64,000 bases of DNA from an uncultured Thiomicrospira sp. (GCA_965195345.1 OZ239628.1:768001-832000), one strand, 5' to 3'; counted from the stretch's first letter, positions 38,601-48,588 are shown. Notes: generated from the letters alone by a model not told the origin. Made by a program: numbers and translations.

Positions 38601-40571
38601 ACTGCCTTTGTCACGGATGTGGAAACAAGCAGTGCCTCATTGATCTTTTCGGTACAACAAAATCCACCTTTGTTGCAGGTGAGTACACAAGGCAATGTCA
38701 TCGTACTGAGATCGAGTGCTACTGCAGGCTCGACCACTTTAGTGATCACCGTTACTGATGGCGATGGTTCAAGCGCTTCAGCAACTGCTCGAGTTACTGT
38801 TCTATCAGGTGCTTTGAATATTGCTTTAAATGTTAAGCGCATTGATTTTTCTTGGAACACACTTCCTACAGCAAATCATTACCGCATGCTTAGCAATGTT
38901 GATTTGAATGCTGGTGGTGGTTTTGTTGATGCCAGTAGCGCAGGTTTGGTGTTTGTACCGAATAGCACGAATATTATCAATACCACAGTTTCTGCAACAG
39001 TGGATGTAGCACGCTATCTTTCTACGGCTAATGGACCACAGTACCTGCTAGAAGCTTGTACCAGTGTGGATAATTCAGCCTGTTCTATTCATGCGCAACA
39101 AACCCTGAGCAATATTCAGTTACAGGGATTAATTGGTTATTTTAAAGCCTCTTTTGCAGATGAGGGTGTGTTTGGTAGAGCTGTAGCAATAAGCGGTGAT
39201 GGCAACACATTAGTTGTCGGTGCACCCGGAGAAAATAGCGACGCCACCGGCATCAATGGTGATCAGACGAACAATAACGCATCTGCCTCTGGTGCAGCCT
39301 ATGTTTTTGTACGCAACAGTGCAGGCACATGGAGTCAACAAGCCTATGTCAAAGCTTCTAATACAGGAGTTTTGGATCAATTTGGCACAGCTGTAGCAAT
39401 AAATGATGACGGTAACACCATAGTTGTCGGTGCACTTGGGGAGGACAGTACCGCCACGGGTATCAACGGTGATCAATTAGATAATTCTGCAAGTGACTCT
39501 GGTGCAGCCTATGTTTTTGTGCGTAGTAGTACAGGTACATGGAGTCAACAGGCTTACATCAAGGCTTCTAATGCAGAAGCTCTTGATGATTTTGGCAGAA
39601 CTGTATCGGTCACTGCTGATGGTAATACACTCGCTATTGGTGCGCCTTTAGAAGACAGTACTGCTACAGGCATTAACGGCGACGAAACAAACAATGGAGC
39701 AAGTGGCTCTGGTGCAGCCTATGTTTTTGTGCGTAGTACTACGGGCACATGGAGTCAACAAGCTTATATCAAAGCTTCTAATGCAGAAGCTCTTGATGAT
39801 TTTGGTTTTGCTGTATCGGTGAGCGATGATGGTAATACTTTAGTTATTGGGGCATCTTTTGAAGACAGCACCGCCACGGGCATTAACGGCGATCAAACAA
39901 CTAATAGTGCAAGTGCTTCTGGTGCAGCTTATGTTTTTGTGCGCAGTGCTACCGACACATGGACGCAAGAAGCCTACATCAAAGCCTCAAACACAGGTGT
40001 TAATGATCAATTTGGTTTAGCTACTTCAATTAGTGGTGATGGTAACACACTGCTCATCAGCTCAATTGGAGAAGACAGCAATGCCACGGGTATCAACGGT
40101 GATCAAACAAACAATGCCGCAAATGGTGCTGGTGCAGCCTATGTTTTTGTGCGTAGTAGTACAGGCACATGGAGTCAACAAGCCTACATCAAGGCCTCCA
40201 ATACAGGAGATCAGGATGAATTTGGTAGCGCTCTCTCAATTAACAATGATGGTAGTATATTTGCTATCGGTGCTCCTTTTGAAGATAGTGATGTTAGTGG
40301 CATCAACGGTGATCAAATAAACAATGATGCATTTCGCGCTGGTGCAGCCTATGTTTTTGTGCGTAGTAGTACAGGCACATGGAGTCAACGAAGTTACATC
40401 AAAGCATCAAACACAGGAGTTTTAGATCGATTTGGTTCAGCTCTCTCAATAAGCGGTGATGGTAAGACACTCTCTATCGGTGCACCTTTCGAAGATAGCG
40501 ATGCCACCGGCATTAATGGTGATCAGACGAATAACAATGAGTCTGAGGCTGGTGCAGTGTATTTATATTAG
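32622..40571 (+). CDS. Giant lipoprotein adhesin, 2649 aa, two CTLDs
   Basis: Lipobox (start may be 32634), two lectin modules, 7 FG-GAP blades. Confidence 0.95.
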   Translation: MLFDMHNIKRWLFLSLFVFLSACGGGGGGGDDDTTPPSTNTAPDLSLSVNALTLDEDFGTFIINATATDAEDGPLPIAVTGQDASLFAITTSTNQIILTSVANANGIATLTVSTNDSENLSVSTEVVVIINAINDTPTLTLSTTAISLNEDFGTFIINATATDIEDGALLVNVSGQAGLLTTNITTDQITLTSIANANGIATLTVSIVDSENLSASTEVVVIINAINDTPTLTFSTTQLSLNANFISQAIATATDVDDASLLLTFALSATDVVQIMTVANQFILNPITNAFGDTTITLAVSDDDGARSSSQIFTVRVNAPIASTTPTLALSTQNITLDEDFGTFIINTTATDAEDGTLSVTVSGQAGLLTTNATTDQITLTSVANANGIVTLNVRAVDSGNLATSTEVVVVINAINDAPILTLATTNITIVENATARQTISITNVTDVDGDTLTFSVIGSTSVFSSNPTPIVSFSDTRMITFSRQSTTAQLYYTLLPDTTGTGFIQIALTDGIETQRTTVSVTVTEVRTPPQITQDFRTHRFFDARATRVGAVGGVLFAARGVLTGSTATTSTDGTGNFSNQLNFARSLGGSLAELYTEETYNALLGSVLVANGTATVGFGDDRFWLGLTDTPNTFGASVSDQSASEDRYFWLSGQRVSQGLNSARIDAPGVYIGWGSSAPAASNQPCADLILGEEVSVGFRPWASDGCDGSVFVIFDVLKALMQFPNGLPTTSSMVFQANSLTTRIRLSGYDLDGSDNALSWQVTNASGGSVTTSTVYSGTGAQTLEIAYTPVSNFSGTATLFVSLNDGDSATQNSTARVLVVNNTPTLILSTNTISLDEDFTSFVINTTATDAAGITDFSVSTGNGIVLVTTSADAITLQSLPNVNGAVTLTVVVDSGLLANTQTISVEVNPVNDRPVLMLSLTSLSLNEDFGTFIINTTATDAEDGTLSVSVSGQAGLVTTTITTGQITLTSIAHANGRTTLTVSANDSENLFVTDEVVVIINAVNDNPVLTLSTTNLSLNEDFGTFIINTTATDIEDGVLPFTVSGQDASIFTVTTSTNQIMLTSVANANGIVTLTVSANDSENLSATTEVVVVVNAINDTPTLTFSTTQFNLNANFTPQTIATATDVDDISLLLTFALSATDVVQITTVANQFILNPIINAFGDTTITLAVSDDDGARSSSQIFTVRVNTPIASTTPTLALSTQNITLDEDFGTFIINTTATDAEDGTLSVTVSGQADLLTTNATTGQITLTSIANANGTTTLTVRATDSGNLSVTTEVVVTINAINDTPTLTLATTNITIVENATARQTISITDVADIEGSTLTFSVIASTSVFSSNPTSVVSFSDTRMITFSRQSTTAQLYYTLLPDTTGTGFIQIALTDGIDTQVTTVTVTVTEVRTSPQITQDFRTHRFFDARATRVGAVGGVLFAARGAFTGLLASTSTDGTGSAMNQLNFARSLGGSLAELYTEETYNALLGSVLVANGATTAGFDDDRFWLGLTSVPSFFGVTLPNQLDSEARYFWLSGQRVSQGLGGGTRIDVPGVYIGWGPSAPGTQGCADLILGAEVSAAFRPWASDQCFGGVFDALKALMQFPNGLPTTSSMIVQARSPITLIRLSGYDLDGSDNTLSWQVTDASGGGIATSTVYSSTGAQTLEISYTPVSGFSGTATLVVSLDDGDSATQNSTARVLVVNNTPTLTLSTNVVSLDEDFTSFVINTTATDAEGIIDFSVSTGNGIVLVTTSANAITLQSLANISGAVTLTVVADSGLLANTQTISVVVNPVNDTPTLSLSVTQRALAQNFGTFVINTTATDVESGPLGFSVSTGNGIVNVTTSVNTITLQSLANVIGDVTLTVSVSDGLLTATQSIFITVSRPFTFEVSTNTIVLDEDFNTFIINTTATAADGTILPISVVQSSSNLLTFSTITGRITLSSIANANGVTTLTVSAANQSGLTNTTEVAITINSVNDTPTLSLSSTNLTLASNSTGLITAFVTDVETSSASLIFSVQQNPPLLQVSTQGNVIVLRSSATAGSTTLVITVTDGDGSSASATARVTVLSGALNIALNVKRIDFSWNTLPTANHYRMLSNVDLNAGGGFVDASSAGLVFVPNSTNIINTTVSATVDVARYLSTANGPQYLLEACTSVDNSACSIHAQQTLSNIQLQGLIGYFKASFADEGVFGRAVAISGDGNTLVVGAPGENSDATGINGDQTNNNASASGAAYVFVRNSAGTWSQQAYVKASNTGVLDQFGTAVAINDDGNTIVVGALGEDSTATGINGDQLDNSASDSGAAYVFVRSSTGTWSQQAYIKASNAEALDDFGRTVSVTADGNTLAIGAPLEDSTATGINGDETNNGASGSGAAYVFVRSTTGTWSQQAYIKASNAEALDDFGFAVSVSDDGNTLVIGASFEDSTATGINGDQTTNSASASGAAYVFVRSATDTWTQEAYIKASNTGVNDQFGLATSISGDGNTLLISSIGEDSNATGINGDQTNNAANGAGAAYVFVRSSTGTWSQQAYIKASNTGDQDEFGSALSINNDGSIFAIGAPFEDSDVSGINGDQINNDAFRAGAAYVFVRSSTGTWSQRSYIKASNTGVLDRFGSALSISGDGKTLSIGAPFEDSDATGINGDQTNNNESEAGAVYLY
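34350..34803 (+). other. C-type lectin-like domain, copy 4 (approximate bounds)
   Basis: FWLGLTD..PCADL..WASDGC. Confidence 0.75.
36980..37420 (+). other. C-type lectin-like domain, copy 5 (approximate bounds)
   Basis: FWLGLTS..GCADL..WASDQC. Confidence 0.75.
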
Positions 40572-40821
40572 AATACGTATATAGCTAAAAGAGAACTAAA
40601 ATTGCTTGATTACCCATACATTATGTATTCATCAGGAAGACGGGCATACAGCTTTTCTATTTAACGTTTATTGCTTTAAATGTTATAAACTGCTTGCATG
40701 TTTCATCATACTTTAATTTATAATCAATCAAATTGTCACAGGCAAAATGTGAGCTTCTATCACATACGCAAGCTGTAGTGAAATTGTAATTGCATAATTA
40801 AATACATTAAGGTGAATTGAT
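40572..40821 (+). promoter_or_regulatory. Conserved spacer, divergent type A
   Basis: TTGCAT(40694)-N19-TATAAT(40719); ATGTGA-N7-TCACAT dyad; SD AAGGTGA. Confidence 0.55.
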
Positions 40822-43800
40822 ATGGGATATATACAGCGCTGGGCATTTCTGTTGTTGCTTGTTTTTCTGTCAGCTTGTGGTGGTGGTGATGGCGACACAA
40901 TACCTCCGTCTACTAACACAACACCAACTTTAAGTCTCTCTGTCAATGCCGTAACGCTTGATGAAGATTTTGGTACCTTTATCATCAACACCACTGCCAC
41001 CGACGTAGAAGATGGGACGCTGTCAGTGACCGTGTCTGGACAGGCTGGCTTGCTAACCACTAATGCTACTACTGATCAAATTACGCTCACTTCCATTGCC
41101 AATGCTAACGGAACAACTACACTCACTGTAAGTGCTACCGATAGTGGCGCTCTTACAGTCTCCACCGAAGTGGTTGTTATTGTCAATGCCGCCAATGATA
41201 CGCCCACACTTACCTTTTCAACCACTCAATTTAGTCTAAATGCAAATTTCATGCCTCAGACAATAGCAACAGCAACAGACGTTGATGATGCTTCCTTGCT
41301 CCTAACCTTTGCACTATCTGCAACCGATGTAGTACAAATAACGACAGTTGCTAATCGGTTTATATTAAATCCTATCACTAATGCTTTTGGCGAGACAACC
41401 ATCACTCTAACAGCAACTGATAGCAGCGGCAATCAGTCATCTCAACGTTTTACAGTGCATGTTAACGCATCCATTGCATCGACAACACCTACATTAGCCT
41501 TATCAACGCAACGTATCACTTTAGATGAAGATTTTGGCACTTTCGTCATCAACACCACTGCAAGTGATGCAGAAGATGGCGTGCTTCCCGTTGCAGTGAC
41601 TGGACAAGACGCCAGTCTATTCGCCGTAACCACTTCTACCGATCAGATAATACTTACCTCCGTTGCTAATGCCACCGGCATAGCCACGCTTACAGTAAGC
41701 ATTGTTGATAGCGGAAATCTCTCCGCTACCACCGAAGTGGTTGTTGTTGTCAATGGCATCAATGATAGTCCTACATTGACACTATCAACAACGAACCTCA
41801 GCCTCAGTGAAGATTTTGGCACTTTCGTCATCAACACCACTGCAAGTGATGCAGAAGATGGCGTGCTTCCCGTTGCAGTGACTGGACAAGACGCCAGTCT
41901 ATTCGCCGTAACCACTTCTACCGATCAGATAATACTTACCTCCGTTGCTAATGCCACCGGCATAGCCACGCTTACAGTAAGCATTGTTGATAGTGGAAAT
42001 CTCTCCGCTACCACCGAAGTGGTTGTTGTTGTCAATGGCATCAATGATAGTCCTACCTTGACACTATCAACAACGAACCTCAGCCTCAGTGAAGATTTTG
42101 GCACTTTCGTCATCAACACCACTGCAAGTGATGCAGAAAATGGCAGGCTTCCCGTTGCAGTGACTGGACAAGATGCCAGTCTATTCGCCGTAACCACTTC
42201 TACCGATCAGATAATACTTACCTCCGTTGCTAATGCCAACGGAACAGCCACACTCACTGTAAGCATTGTTGATAGTGGAAATCTCTCCGCTACCACCGAA
42301 GTGGTTGTTGTTGTCAATGGCATCAATAGTGCACCTGCATTGACGCTATCAACAACGAACCTCAGCCTCAGTGAAGATTTTGGCACTTTCGTCATCAACA
42401 CCACTGCCACCGATGTAGAAGATGGCGTGCTTCCCGTTGCAGTGACTGGACAAGATGCCAGTTTATTCGCCGTAACCACTTCTACCGATCAGATAATACT
42501 TACCTCCGTTGCTAATGCCAACGGAACAGCCACACTCACTGTAAGCATTGTTGATAGTGGAAATATCTCCGCTACCACCGAAGTGGTTGTTGTTGTCAAT
42601 GCCATCAATGATAGTCCTACATTGACACTATCAACAACGAACCTCAGCCTCAGTGAAGATTTTGGCACTTTCGTCATCAACACCACAGCAAGTGATGCAG
42701 AAGATGGCGTGCTTCCCGTTGCAGTGACTGGACAAGATGCCAGTCTATTCGCCGTAACCACTTCTACCGATCAGATAATACTTACCTCCGTTGCCAATGC
42801 CAACGGAACAGCCACGCTTACAGTAAGCATTGTTGGTAGCGGAAATCTCTCCGCTACCACCGAAGTGGTTGTTGTTGTCAATGCCATCAATGATAGTCCT
42901 ACATTGACACTATCAACAACGAACCTCAGCCTCAGTGAAGATTTTGGCACTTTCATCATCAACACCACTGCCACCGATGCAGAAGATGGCGTGCTTCCCG
43001 TTGCAGTGACTGGACAAGATGCCAGTTTATTCGCCGTAACCACTTCTACCGATCAGATAATACTTACCTCCGTTGCTAATGCCAACGGCATAGCCACACT
43101 TACAGTAAGCATTGTTGATAGTGGAAATCTCTCCGCTACCACCGAAGTGGTTGTTGTTGTCAATGCCATCAATGATAGTCCTACATTGACACTATCAACA
43201 ACGAACCTCAGCCTTAGTGAAGATTTTGGCACTTTCGTCATCAACACCACTGCAAGTGATGCAGAAGATGGCGTGCTTCCCGTTGCAGTGACTGGACAAG
43301 ATGCCAGTCTATTCGCCGTAACCACTTCTACCGATCAGATAATACTTACCTCCGTTGCCAATGCCAACGGAACAGCCACGCTTACAGTAAGCATTGTTGG
43401 TAGCGGAAATCTCTCCGCTACCACCGAAGTGGTTGTTGTTGTCAATGCCATCAATGATAGTCCTACATTGACACTATCAACAACGAACCTCAGCCTCAGT
43501 GAAGATTTTGGCACTTTCATCATCAACACCACTGCCACCGATGCAGAAGATGGCGTGCTTCCCGTTGCAGTGACTGGACAAGATGCCAGTTTATTCGCCG
43601 TAACCACTTCTACCGATCAGATAATACTTACCTCCGTTGCTAATGCCAACGGCATAGCCACACTTACAGTAAGCATTGTTGATAGTGGAAATCTCTCCGC
43701 TACCACCGAAGTGGTTGTTGTTGTCAATGCCATCAATGATAGTCCTACATTGACACTATCAACAACGAATCTCAGTCTCAGTGAAGATTTTGGCACTTTC

Positions 43801-46800
43801 GTCATCAACACCACTGCCACCGATGTAGAAGATGGCGTGCTTCCTGTTGCAGTGACTGGACAAGATGCCAGTCTATTCGCCGTAACCACTTCTACCGATC
43901 AGATAATACTTACCTCCGTTGCCAATGCCAACGGAACAGCCACACTCACTGTAAGCATTGTTGATAGTGGAAATCTCTCCGCTTCCACCGAAGTGGTTGT
44001 TGTTGTCAATGCCATCAATGATAGTCCTACATTGACACTATCAACAACGAACCTCAGCCTCAGTGAAGATTTTGGCACTTTCGTTATCAACACCACAGCA
44101 AGTGATGCAGAAGATGGCGTGCTTCCCGTTGCAGTGACTGGACAAGATGCCAGTTTATTCGCCGTAAGCACTTCTACCGATCAGATAATACTTACCTCCG
44201 TTGCCAATGCCAACGGAACAGCCACACTTACTGTAAGCATTGTTGATAGCGGAAATCTCTCCGCTTCCACCGAAGTGATTGTTATTGTCAATGGCATCAA
44301 TAGTTCACCTGCATTGACGCTATCAACAACGAACCTCAGTCTCAGTGAAGATTTTGGCACTTTCGTCATCAACACCACAGCAAGTGATGCAGAAGATGGC
44401 GTGCTTCCCGTTGCAGTGACTGGACAAGATGCCAGTCTATTCGCCGTAACCACTTCTGCCAACCAGATAATACTCACCTCCGTAGCTAATGCCAATGGCA
44501 GAGCTACGCTTACAGTAAGCATTGTTGATAGTGGAAATCTCTCCGCTTCCACCGAAGTGGTGGTGCTTGTCAACGCCGTCAATGACACGCCCACACTTAC
44601 CTTTTCAACCACTCAATTTAGTCTAAATGCAAACTTTACCCCGCAAACAATAGCAACAGCAACAGACGTTGATGATGCTTCCTTGCTCCTAACCTTTGCA
44701 CTATCTGCAACCGATGTAGTACAAATAACGACTGTTGCTAATCGGTTTATATTAAATCCTATCACTAATGCTTTTGGCGAGACAACCATCACTCTAACAG
44801 CAACTGATAACAGCGGTAATCAGTCATCTCAAATTTTCACAGTGCGCGTTAACGGATTCCCTACATTAGCCTTATCAACGCAGCGTGTCACTTTAGATGA
44901 AGACTTTGGTACTTTCGTCATCAATACCACTGCAAGTGATGCAGAAGATGGCGTGCTTCCCGTTGCAGTGACTGGACAAGATGCCAGTCTATTCGCCGTA
45001 ACCACTTCTACCAATCAGATAATGCTTACTTCCATTGCTAATGCCAACGGCATAGCCACACTCACTGTAAGCATTGTTGATAGTGGAAATCTCTCCGCTA
45101 CCACCGAAGTTGTTGTTGTTGTCAATGCCATCAATGATAATCCTACATTGACGCTATCAACAACGAACCTCAGCCTCAGTGAAGATTTTGGCACTTTCGT
45201 CATCAACACCACTGCAAGTGATGCAGAAGATGGCGTGCTTCCCGTTGGAGTGACTGGGCAAGATGCCAGTCTATTCGCCGTAACCACTTCTACCGATCAG
45301 ATAATACTTACCTCCGTTGCTAATGCCAACGGCATAGCTACGCTTACAGTAAGCATTGTTGATAGTGGAAATCTCTCCGCTACCACCGAAGTGGTTGTTG
45401 TTGTCAATGCCATCAATGATAGTCCTACATTGACACTATCAACAACGAACCTCAGTCTCAGTGAAGATTTTGGCACTTTCGTCATCAACACCACAGCAAG
45501 TGATGCAGAAGATGGCGTGCTTCCCATTGCAGTGACTGGACAAGATGCCAGTCTATTCGCCGTAACCACTACTACCAATCAGATAATACTTACCTCCGTT
45601 GCTAATGCCAACGGCAGAGCTACGCTTACAGTAAGCATTGTTGATAGTGGAAATCTCTCCGCTACCACCGAAGTGGTTGTTGTTGTCAATGCCATCAATG
45701 ATAGTCCTACATTGACACTATCAACAACGAACCTCAGTCTTAGTGAAGATTTTGGCACTTTCGTCATCAACACCACTGCAAGTGATGCAGAAGATGGCGT
45801 GCTTCCCGTTGCAGTGACTGGACAAGATGCCAGTCTATTCGCCGTAACCACTTCTACCGATCAGATAATACTTACCTCCGTTGCCAATGCCAACGGAACA
45901 GCCACGCTTACAGTAAGCATTGTTGATAGCGGAAATCTCTCCGCTACCACCGAAGTGGTTGTTGTTATCAATGCCATCAATGATAGTCCCACATTGACAC
46001 TATCAACAACGAACCTCAGCCTTAGTGAAGATTTTGGCACTTTCGTCATCAACACCACTGCAAGTGATGCAGAAGATGGCCTGCTTCCCGTTGCAGTGAC
46101 TGGACAAGATGCCAGTCTATTCGCCGTAACCACTTCTGCCGATCAGATAATACTTACCTCCGTTGCCAATGCCAACGGAACAGCCACGCTTACAGTAAGC
46201 ATTGTTGGTAGCGGAAATCTCTCCGCTACCACCGAAGTGGTTGTTGTTGTCAATGCCATCAATGATAGTCCTACATTGACACTATCAACAACGAACCTCA
46301 GCCTCAGTGAAGATTTTGGCACTTTCATCATCAACACCACTGCCACCGATGCAGAAGATGGCGTGCTTCCCGTTGCAGTGACTGGACAAGATGCCAGTCT
46401 ATTCGCCGTAACCACTTCTACCAATCAGATAATACTTACCTCCGTTGCTAATGCCACCGGCATAGCCACGCTTACAGTAAGCATTGTTGATAGCGGAAAT
46501 CTCTCCGCTACCACCGAAGTGGTTGTTGTTGTCAATGCCGTTAATGACACTCCAACGCTCAGTTTATCAAGTACAAACCTAACTTTGACAGCTAATACCA
46601 CCGCTTTAATCACTGCCTTTGGCGTAGATGTGGAAACAAGCAGTGCTTCATTGATCTTTTCTGTACAACAAAACCCATCTTTGTTGCAGGTGAGTACACA
46701 AGGCAATGTTATCGTACTAAGAGCGGGTGCTACTACAGGCTCTACCACTTTAGTGATCACCGTTACTGATGGTGATGGCTTAAGCACTTCAGCAACCGCT

Positions 46801-48588
46801 CAAGTTACTGTTGTATCAGGTGTTTTGAATGTTTTGAATGTAAATTTAAATGTTAAGCGCATTAACTTTTCTTGGAACACACTTCCTGCAGCAAATCATT
46901 ACCGCATGCTTAGCAATGTTGATGTGAATGCTGGTGGTGGTTTTGTTGATGCCAGTAGCGCAGGTTTGGTGTTTGTACCGAATAGTACGAATATTATCAA
47001 TACTACAGTCTCTGCAACAGTGGATATAGCACGCTATCTTTCTACGGCTGATGGACCACAGTATCTGCTACAAGCTTGTAGTAGTGTTGACAATTCCGTT
47101 TGTTCTGATCTTGCGCAAGAATCTCTGAGTAATATTCAGTTAGAGGGATTGATTGGTTATTTCAAGGCTTCTAATACAGATGCAGATGATGAATTTGGTG
47201 AGGGTGTCGCAATAAGCGGTGATGGCAACACATTAGTTGTCGGTGCACCATTTGAGGACAGCACCGCCACTAGTATCAACGGCGATCAAACAAACAATAG
47301 TGCGGGTGATTCTGGTGCAGCCTATGTTTTCGTGCGCAGTAGTACGGGCAGCTGGCGTCAACAAGCATACCTTAAAGCCTCTGATGCACAAGCTAATGAT
47401 CAGTTTGGTGCAGTTGTAACAATAAGCAATGACGGTAATACTATAGTTGTTGGTGCAGAATTTAAGGATGTTGGCGCTCCTGGCGGTGTCCCCCAAGGCG
47501 ACGCTGGTGCAGCCTATGTTTTCGTGCGCAGTAGTACCGGCAGCTGGCGTCAACAAGCTTTCATCAGCGCTTCTAATCTAAATGCCAATGATCGGTTTGG
47601 AAGAACTGTATCGGTTGCTGCTGATGGTAATACACTCGCTATCGGTGCACCTTTAAAAAGTGTACCTGGCACAAATCCTTTCACGGGTCAACCTGCGAGT
47701 ATAGCTAATGTTGGTACAGCCTATGTTTTTGTACGCAGTAGTACGGGTACATGGAGTGAGCAAGCTTTATTGACACCACCTGCTGTAACACTTAATGCTA
47801 ATTTTGGTAATGCTGTATCGATGAGTGGTGATGGTAATACCATGGTCGTTGGTGCAGTTGGTGACCAAAGTACTGGCATGGGTATCGACAGTGATGAATT
47901 CACCACTTTTGTTTTTGGTTCTGGTGCAGCCCATGTTTTTGTACGCAGTAGTACGGGTACATGGAGTCGGCAAGCTTATATTAAAGCCTCAAATTCAGAA
48001 AGTGTTGATCTCTTTGGTACAGCTGTATCGATGAGCGGTGATGGTAATACCATGGTCGTTGGTGCACCACAAGAAGACAGCAATGCCACGGGTATCGACG
48101 GCGATCAAGCAAATAATGGTAGTGGTGCTGATGGTATTAATTCAAATTCTGGTGCAGCCTATGTTTTTGTGCGCAGTAGTACGGGCACATGGACGCAAGA
48201 TGCCTATATCAAAGCCTCAAATACAGGACTTGGTGATGAGTTTGGTTTTGCTGTTTCAATGAGAAGTGATGGTAATGCGTTCGTTGTTGGTGCACCATTT
48301 GAGGACAGCAATGCCACGGGAATCAACGGGGGGCAAGCAGATGGTGCTAATAACGCTGGTGCAGCCTATCTGTTTGTGCGCAGCAGCGCAGGCACATGGA
48401 GTCAACAAGCCTACACCAAAGCCTCAAACACAGGAGCTGATGATGCGTTTGGTTCAGTTCTCTCAATAAGCAGTGATGGTACAACGTTTGCTGTTGGCGC
48501 ACCCAATGAAAACAGCAGTGCCACTGGTATCAATGGTAATCAAACAGACGATAGTCAAGATAACGCTGGTGCAGCGTATTTGTATTAG
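40822..48588 (+). CDS. Giant lipoprotein adhesin, 2588 aa, with an expanded 94-aa repeat stalk, no CTLD
   Basis: Lipobox, ~17 near-identical 94-aa units, variant propeller ending GAAYLY. Confidence 0.95.
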   Translation: MGYIQRWAFLLLLVFLSACGGGDGDTIPPSTNTTPTLSLSVNAVTLDEDFGTFIINTTATDVEDGTLSVTVSGQAGLLTTNATTDQITLTSIANANGTTTLTVSATDSGALTVSTEVVVIVNAANDTPTLTFSTTQFSLNANFMPQTIATATDVDDASLLLTFALSATDVVQITTVANRFILNPITNAFGETTITLTATDSSGNQSSQRFTVHVNASIASTTPTLALSTQRITLDEDFGTFVINTTASDAEDGVLPVAVTGQDASLFAVTTSTDQIILTSVANATGIATLTVSIVDSGNLSATTEVVVVVNGINDSPTLTLSTTNLSLSEDFGTFVINTTASDAEDGVLPVAVTGQDASLFAVTTSTDQIILTSVANATGIATLTVSIVDSGNLSATTEVVVVVNGINDSPTLTLSTTNLSLSEDFGTFVINTTASDAENGRLPVAVTGQDASLFAVTTSTDQIILTSVANANGTATLTVSIVDSGNLSATTEVVVVVNGINSAPALTLSTTNLSLSEDFGTFVINTTATDVEDGVLPVAVTGQDASLFAVTTSTDQIILTSVANANGTATLTVSIVDSGNISATTEVVVVVNAINDSPTLTLSTTNLSLSEDFGTFVINTTASDAEDGVLPVAVTGQDASLFAVTTSTDQIILTSVANANGTATLTVSIVGSGNLSATTEVVVVVNAINDSPTLTLSTTNLSLSEDFGTFIINTTATDAEDGVLPVAVTGQDASLFAVTTSTDQIILTSVANANGIATLTVSIVDSGNLSATTEVVVVVNAINDSPTLTLSTTNLSLSEDFGTFVINTTASDAEDGVLPVAVTGQDASLFAVTTSTDQIILTSVANANGTATLTVSIVGSGNLSATTEVVVVVNAINDSPTLTLSTTNLSLSEDFGTFIINTTATDAEDGVLPVAVTGQDASLFAVTTSTDQIILTSVANANGIATLTVSIVDSGNLSATTEVVVVVNAINDSPTLTLSTTNLSLSEDFGTFVINTTATDVEDGVLPVAVTGQDASLFAVTTSTDQIILTSVANANGTATLTVSIVDSGNLSASTEVVVVVNAINDSPTLTLSTTNLSLSEDFGTFVINTTASDAEDGVLPVAVTGQDASLFAVSTSTDQIILTSVANANGTATLTVSIVDSGNLSASTEVIVIVNGINSSPALTLSTTNLSLSEDFGTFVINTTASDAEDGVLPVAVTGQDASLFAVTTSANQIILTSVANANGRATLTVSIVDSGNLSASTEVVVLVNAVNDTPTLTFSTTQFSLNANFTPQTIATATDVDDASLLLTFALSATDVVQITTVANRFILNPITNAFGETTITLTATDNSGNQSSQIFTVRVNGFPTLALSTQRVTLDEDFGTFVINTTASDAEDGVLPVAVTGQDASLFAVTTSTNQIMLTSIANANGIATLTVSIVDSGNLSATTEVVVVVNAINDNPTLTLSTTNLSLSEDFGTFVINTTASDAEDGVLPVGVTGQDASLFAVTTSTDQIILTSVANANGIATLTVSIVDSGNLSATTEVVVVVNAINDSPTLTLSTTNLSLSEDFGTFVINTTASDAEDGVLPIAVTGQDASLFAVTTTTNQIILTSVANANGRATLTVSIVDSGNLSATTEVVVVVNAINDSPTLTLSTTNLSLSEDFGTFVINTTASDAEDGVLPVAVTGQDASLFAVTTSTDQIILTSVANANGTATLTVSIVDSGNLSATTEVVVVINAINDSPTLTLSTTNLSLSEDFGTFVINTTASDAEDGLLPVAVTGQDASLFAVTTSADQIILTSVANANGTATLTVSIVGSGNLSATTEVVVVVNAINDSPTLTLSTTNLSLSEDFGTFIINTTATDAEDGVLPVAVTGQDASLFAVTTSTNQIILTSVANATGIATLTVSIVDSGNLSATTEVVVVVNAVNDTPTLSLSSTNLTLTANTTALITAFGVDVETSSASLIFSVQQNPSLLQVSTQGNVIVLRAGATTGSTTLVITVTDGDGLSTSATAQVTVVSGVLNVLNVNLNVKRINFSWNTLPAANHYRMLSNVDVNAGGGFVDASSAGLVFVPNSTNIINTTVSATVDIARYLSTADGPQYLLQACSSVDNSVCSDLAQESLSNIQLEGLIGYFKASNTDADDEFGEGVAISGDGNTLVVGAPFEDSTATSINGDQTNNSAGDSGAAYVFVRSSTGSWRQQAYLKASDAQANDQFGAVVTISNDGNTIVVGAEFKDVGAPGGVPQGDAGAAYVFVRSSTGSWRQQAFISASNLNANDRFGRTVSVAADGNTLAIGAPLKSVPGTNPFTGQPASIANVGTAYVFVRSSTGTWSEQALLTPPAVTLNANFGNAVSMSGDGNTMVVGAVGDQSTGMGIDSDEFTTFVFGSGAAHVFVRSSTGTWSRQAYIKASNSESVDLFGTAVSMSGDGNTMVVGAPQEDSNATGIDGDQANNGSGADGINSNSGAAYVFVRSSTGTWTQDAYIKASNTGLGDEFGFAVSMRSDGNAFVVGAPFEDSNATGINGGQADGANNAGAAYLFVRSSAGTWSQQAYTKASNTGADDAFGSVLSISSDGTTFAVGAPNENSSATGINGNQTDDSQDNAGAAYLY
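41490..44590 (+). repeat. Tandem 282-bp coding repeat, ~11 units
   Basis: Antisense shadow ORF boundaries recur every 282 bp (41643, 41925 ... 44181); units are near-identical. Confidence 0.92.
44860..46552 (+). repeat. Tandem 282-bp coding repeat, ~6 units
   Basis: Same unit; 282-bp period (45015, 45297 ... 46425). Confidence 0.92.

Noticed and set aside
41490-46552. CRISPR array
   Set aside because: These are 282-bp in-frame coding units without unique spacers.
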